From Azolla caroliniana (Eukaryota > Plantae > Polypodiophyta): a stretch of 15,304 nucleotides of DNA. The stretch lies in assembly GCA_043228905.1 (NCBI GenBank), contig JBHGNT010000804.1:1-15304 (forward strand), in the 5' to 3' direction. A program made the position numbers and the translations under genes. A model generated the notes under the pieces. It did not search any database. It saw only the letters and a program-made list of their open reading frames with translations, and had not been told where the DNA came from. Positions 10,750 to 15,304 of the stretch are shown one piece after another. How positions within the stretch are numbered: position 1 is the first letter of the stretch; every line of letters starts with the position of its first letter.

Positions 10750-13225
10750 ATGGAAAATCAACAAGAGGCTAACAAAATGATGGTGATGTTTGAGCGGATG
10801 CTACAAGAACAACGCGCGATGTCGGAGATTGCGGCGGCAGTAGAGTGGCTCGTGCAACGTAACGGGCAATTCAATGGGAATGTCGTGTGACGATATTTGC
10901 GGGATTACAAGGCGGAAATGCTACAGTGGGAATGCTTCTAGAGGACACCACTACTAAGAGTGGCCTCACCAATACATGGGAAAACGTGCGGGACATCGTC
11001 GCGCGATATACAAAGAGGGGGCAATGGCTTGGTAGTGAAGAAACGAGGGTTTTGGAACCAATTCCGAAACCAAGATCCGCATTGGAAGACCATCAACCGT
11101 GGGCTCGGGAGACTACGACCGAGAAGGGAATCGATGCAACCACGTGACGGGAACCCAACGTTCCTTATGCGCAACGCTCGGCCACAACCGAGCTTCTTTT
11201 CATACACAGAAAACGGGAAATAAAACACGACACGGAGAAGAGAAATGGTACACAGGAGGTTTACGTGGAAAACCCCAAACTAGGAGAAAAACCACGGCAG
11301 CCCACGGGCTGCAAACTGTCACTGAGGCAACGACCTCGAACTCACGAGCTTCGCCACAGGGGGCGGTTACAACAGAGGCAACGACCTCGTCTCTCTCTCT
11401 CTCCCTCTCTGTACAGTTACGCACTCTCTCCTTTTTCTTGCACCAACAAGAAAAATGACAACAACTACAACAGTTACTAAAAAGTTTGCCCTAAGTCATA
11501 TTTATACTAATATGACGTTTCGGCTATTTACAAATATAGCCTCGATGGGCTCTCAGAAACATATTTACGAATATGTCTCTTCCTCCGGTTCATACCGGGC
11601 CTGCACCATCCGGCTCTCCGTAGCCGGGTACTGTTCTTCTCCCTTCCCATCCGGAGGGACCTGTCTCCCAACACCACGATGGAGCAGTTATTGAAGGAGA
11701 TGGAGAATCTGAAAATCGCGATGGTGAAGAAGTCAGATGATCGTCCCACAAGTTCCAAGTATATGAACCGTCGATGCATATGGTGCAATAGCACCGAACA
11801 TGATCGGAGGGATTGCGATGAGCACAAGGAGGCGCTATGACAGGATCTTATCAACTACGAGGGAAATCAGATTCATTCGATGGACTCTCGGAAGCCACTC
11901 CGACCGGACTTCCGAAAAGGTGGCATGAAGAAGGTCCTAGAAGAGGAAATAGTGACGAAAAGCAATTATGCGACAACCGTAGGGATACGTGTGGTGAGTC
12001 CTCTGGAGCAAATGCGTCTTTCTGGCCGGAAGTGCTAGAAAACCCCGAGAAAACTGACTCTAATGAGATCTGAAGCACTGTGGAAGGCTTCCGAGAAGCT
12101 ACGGGATGGGAGTGCCCCGTCGATAAGAATAACATGTACGCTCTATGCCAATTACATGAGGTGTATGTAGATGAGAAACGACGCCGGAGAGTTGGAACTC
12201 CGAAGGGAAGGGGAAAGGAAAAACAATTCCGGCATTCAAACTCGCTTCGGACATCGAGCAACGGATGGACTTAAAAAAAGTGTTCGAGGAGAGAATCCTC
12301 GATAGTCGGGTAGATTTTTCGCTTCGGGAATTACTCGGAATAGCGAAGGAGTTCCATGATCTTCTTGTGGATCTCGTGAAGAGAAAAAGACAAAATACGG
12401 AGGAAAATGCTCCAAGGGTGAATGTAAATACCGTTCTAATGAATGACACCGAAGTGGAGGATGAAATTCCGAACTCCCACTACACAAGGCCACACTAGGC
12501 ACGTTCAACTATGGAGACTCCGGTCCGAATCGGAAACATCAAAGAGCCTGTACTAGCATTGATTGATCACGGATTGTAGATCAATTTTATGTCCAAGGAG
12601 TTCTATCGGAAGGGGAAGTGGCCTATTAACACTAATCATGGATGGAAGATCCGGGCAGCCACTAAAGCAACGGAAGATTTATTTGCGGCTTGTCCGGATG
12701 TGATGGTGAAGATCAAAGATGTGGAGATTGACCAAAATTTCTTCATGCAAGATGAGGTCTCACACTCCGTGATCCTCGGGCAACCCTTTATCACGGCTTC
12801 ACAGATGGAGACAAAGGTGCTCGATAGCGGAGCGGCTTTTGCACGAGTTCGGAGCCAAAGCGGGGGGAAAACCGTCCAATTCCTAACCGTGCCAAACAAG
12901 AGAGAACTCTTGTCCCAAACAAAAATGGATTTTTAAGCCGAACTGTGGCGGAGTGGGGAAGTAATAGTCCGAGAAGCCCTGATACCCCACACAAGAAGAA
13001 AACCCTGGGAGCAAAACAAGTACGAATCTGTACAGATGGGGCATCTATGTACACGGCCGTAACTAGAGTAATGAAAGAAGAATTCTGAAAGGTGGAAGAT
13101 GAGTTACGGTGTCGTGAAGATTTTCGGCGATAGTGTGAAACTTGTAAGGAACATACGAAATCGAGCATGGTTCTTCTCACGAAATACAAAACAATAATAG
13201 TAAAGATACTATTTTAGATAAGTTT
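10750..13225 (+). pseudogene. gag-pol: Element C: degraded gag-protease region and start of the next pol frame of a Ty3/gypsy element
   Basis: Gag-like FNGNVV*RYLRDYKAEM; zinc knuckle CIWCNSTEHDRRDC (11775-11816); protease ALIDHG...VILGQPF. It carries many stops and frameshifts, is split by a solo LTR and is truncated at element D. Confidence 0.8.
11145..11673 (-). mobile_element. Solo LTR (529 bp, probably Ty1/copia type) inserted into the gag of C
   Basis: TG...CA termini (TGACGGGA / TCCCAACA) with perfect 5-bp TSD CCACG at 11140-11144 and 11674-11678. Removing it restores the gag frame GIDATT-MEQLLKEMENLKIA. Minus-strand TATAAATA is at 11499-11506. The copia assignment rests on recall of the TTTACGTGGAAAACCCC...AAAACCACGG motif. 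Confidence 0.9.
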
Positions 13226-13664
13226 TGTTAATCCTACGGCCGGACAACAACCTAACACAGGGTGTCCACTTAAGACACTTCACCAAAGGGTGTTACGGCA
13301 AGATGACTTACGACATAATGCTTAATTAGACCTTAATTGGTTACTTAGCAATATGTCATTACACGCGTAAGATATAACTGTAATGAGTACAGAACGGTAA
13401 TCAATACTGAAAGGTTAAGGCAATAAGTTCTATTAATTATCCATTGTCAATTACATTGTAACCGGGCCTTTATATAGGTCTTCGGTGCGAAGTACAAAAT
13501 GGTGCCAACTGGCACCTATTCGGAATCGGTTCGGATCCGGATCGGCATACCGATTCCGGTCCGTCCGTCCATATTAATAAAATAATTACAACAGTTCCCG
13601 AATAAACTATTCCTTTCACACTCTGGTCTGGACATCCTTAAGCCTTCTTGCCGGCCGGGTAACA
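13226..13664 (-). repeat. LTR of element D (439 bp)
   Basis: The plus strand reads TGTTAATC...CCGGGTAACA, as does LTR A. Minus-strand CCTATATAAAG (13468-13478) begins 186 nt from the right end, versus 187 nt in LTR A. Confidence 0.85.
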
Positions 13665-13666
13665 CA

Positions 13667-13715
13667 TGGCACGCCCGTGGGACAGTACCTTGTACGTCGA
13701 ACCCATTATCCGGCC
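13667..13715 (+). other. Multi-part tRNA-Arg-complementary site (a tRNA-like sequence ending in CCA on the minus strand) 2 nt from LTR D
   Basis: TGGCACGCCCGTGGGAC, a 13-nt spacer, TCGAACCCA, then TTATCC GGCC. Confidence 0.8.
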
Positions 13716-13718
13716 CTA

Positions 13719-15304
13719 TTACTCTTCGTCCAAACTGTCCAGAATGCTTTGCTCCAGAATTTCCAATGGCTCATCGGGAATCTGTTGTTGCTGCTGTGGC
13801 CGCTGTTCCATTTGTGGCTGCTGCGGTGGCTGCTCCGTTTGTGCCTTCTCTGTTTGGGGCTGCTGCTCCGTTTGTCGCTCTGGCACCGACGTTTCCTTCA
13901 TTGTTTCCTCCGTCGGAGTTGTCTCTGGCTGACTGACCCCGGCCTGGTCCCCGTCTAGTCCTTGTACCGACGACGGTTCCTCATCACTAAGGTTGACCGT
14001 TGCCGCCTTCCTTGCTTTTTCTTCCCGAAGCCGGGACCGCTCATAGCTCTCAAACTGGATTTGAGCCTCCAGCCGATCGTCGTCCAGTTGAGCTATGAGC
14101 TACCGGACCTGCACCAATTGTTCATCCGCCAGGGCTGTGAAATCTTCGACCAGCTCATCCCTTATGGCGGTGAAGTCCTTCGATGTCAGCGTATAACAAT
14201 CGTCACCTTCCTTCCACCGGTTTTCCACGTCCGCCCTGAGCAATTGGAGTTCCGCCGTATTCTGCGCCCATTTCGTCCACCATCATACCGAACTTTCATC
14301 AATCCAGCGTTTGGTCTGGTTCAGCCATGCCCGGAGGATGCACTGGATCCGTTCCATTCCCATCTGTGATTTTATCTCCGCAGCTTGTCGTTCCTCCTTA
14401 AGTTGCTTGATGAGTTTGACCATGTCCACCTCCTGCTCCCTATAATGCGACAATTGACTTTGATAGGTTGTTTGCAACCTTTGTAACACCATTGTTGCCC
14501 TTTCCTTTTCTTCATGGTTCTGCTTGTGGAGCTCCATCTGGTCCCTCGCCGCTTCCTCCAATAACTTTGTATTCTTAGCCCGTTCGTCAGCGACAATTGA
14601 CTTTGATAGGTTATTTGCAACCTCTATAACACCATTGTCACCCTTTCCTTTTCTTCATGGTTCTGCTTGTGGAGCTCCATCCGGTCCCTTGCCGCTTCCT
14701 CCAATAGCTTTGTATTCTTAGCCCGTGCGTTGTGGCCCTATCAACTTCCTGCCGGTGCTCGGCCATCCTTTCCTGTTGTTGCTTATACTCCGTCTCCAGC
14801 TGCTTGTAGTCTCGGTGCAGATGATCAAAATCATCGGTCTTCTGTTTCAGCCTCTGGTTGATCTGTCGGCGCGCGCGGTCCTCTCGGTCCTTCTGTTGAC
14901 GGAGTTCTTCCTTCAGCCTTTCGATTTCCGTCTCCGCCATCCGTCGCAACTCATCTTTCTCCTACAACAATTTCTCTTTTTCCTCCTTTAACCGGTCGTA
15001 AGCTTGATGTCCTTTACGCAGGTTTTCCTCTGCCCGGCGGAGGTTCTCAGTAGTCTTCTTTAATTCTTCTTCGGCCACCTTCTTCAAGTCGCGTTCGCGG
15101 CTCCGTAATGCTTCTTGTGCGGCAAGTTCGTCTCTTAATTCGGCAAGCTCTTGGGCTTGCGCCACATCTTTCTCCGGGACGGGTTTTGTCTCCGGGGTCT
15201 TATTCATATGTACAGGTGTGGTTGTATCTTTATTCTGTACATCACCCGGAGTCACCGGTGCTTGGACGGCTAAGGCCAATTCGGCCAATTCTTCTGTTGC
15301 CGAA
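13719..15304 (-). pseudogene. Extra ORF of element D: long E/K/R/Q-rich predicted coiled-coil protein with acidic Q/P-rich tail, disrupted
   Basis: ORF fragments 15288-14962 and 14949-14638 share a frame across one TAG. 14561-14283 continues past point stops to ...EQSILDSLDEE* at 13719. A 143-bp duplication shifts the frame. The 5' part is outside the window. Confidence 0.75.
14447..14726. repeat. Tandem duplication with 143-bp period inside D's extra ORF
   Basis: GCGACAATTGACTTTGATAGG...TTCTTAGCCCGT occurs at 14447-14583 and 14590-14726. Confidence 0.95.

Larger units (their letters stand above)
13226..15304 (-). mobile_element. Element D: one end (interpreted as the 3' end) of an LTR retrotransposon related to A, inserted into C
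   Basis: Its LTR has the same termini, orientation and TATA position as LTR A, and it adjoins a long coiled-coil ORF on the minus strand. No gag-pol of D is in the window, so orientation is inferred. Confidence 0.7.

Noticed and set aside
10878-10890. GAATGTCGTGTGA identical to the start of LTR B, suggesting another LTR
   Set aside because: The match is only 13 nt and gag-like coding continues through it, so it is probably coincidence.
7018-13664. LTR A and LTR D as the paired LTRs of one element
   Set aside because: They share only termini and layout, not near-identity, and their internal regions face outward in opposite directions.

Overview
This is eukaryotic, plant-type repetitive DNA with no intact host gene; a non-seed plant such as a moss is plausible but is inference only. 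It is a nest of decayed LTR retrotransposons. (A) 1-7474, minus strand: a non-chromovirus Ty3/gypsy element with 5' LTR, tRNA-Arg-type PBS, gag-PR-RT-RH-IN carrying two lesions, and an extra 3' ORF. A is inserted into the integrase of (B) 7475-10030, a plus-strand gypsy 3' end whose 1.6-kb LTR holds tandem-repeat arrays. Next come a remnant of a B-related element, a MITE-like insert with Pol III A/B boxes, and (C) a degraded plus-strand gag-protease region. C is split by a solo LTR with a 5-bp TSD and is cut off by (D), a relative of A running from 13226 to the window end. The standout is beside D's LTR, which appears to be its 3' LTR: there is no polypurine tract, and a multi-part tRNA-Arg-like sequence ending in CCA sits 2 nt from the LTR. 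It is complementary to the PBS seen in A, which suggests a non-canonical priming scheme.
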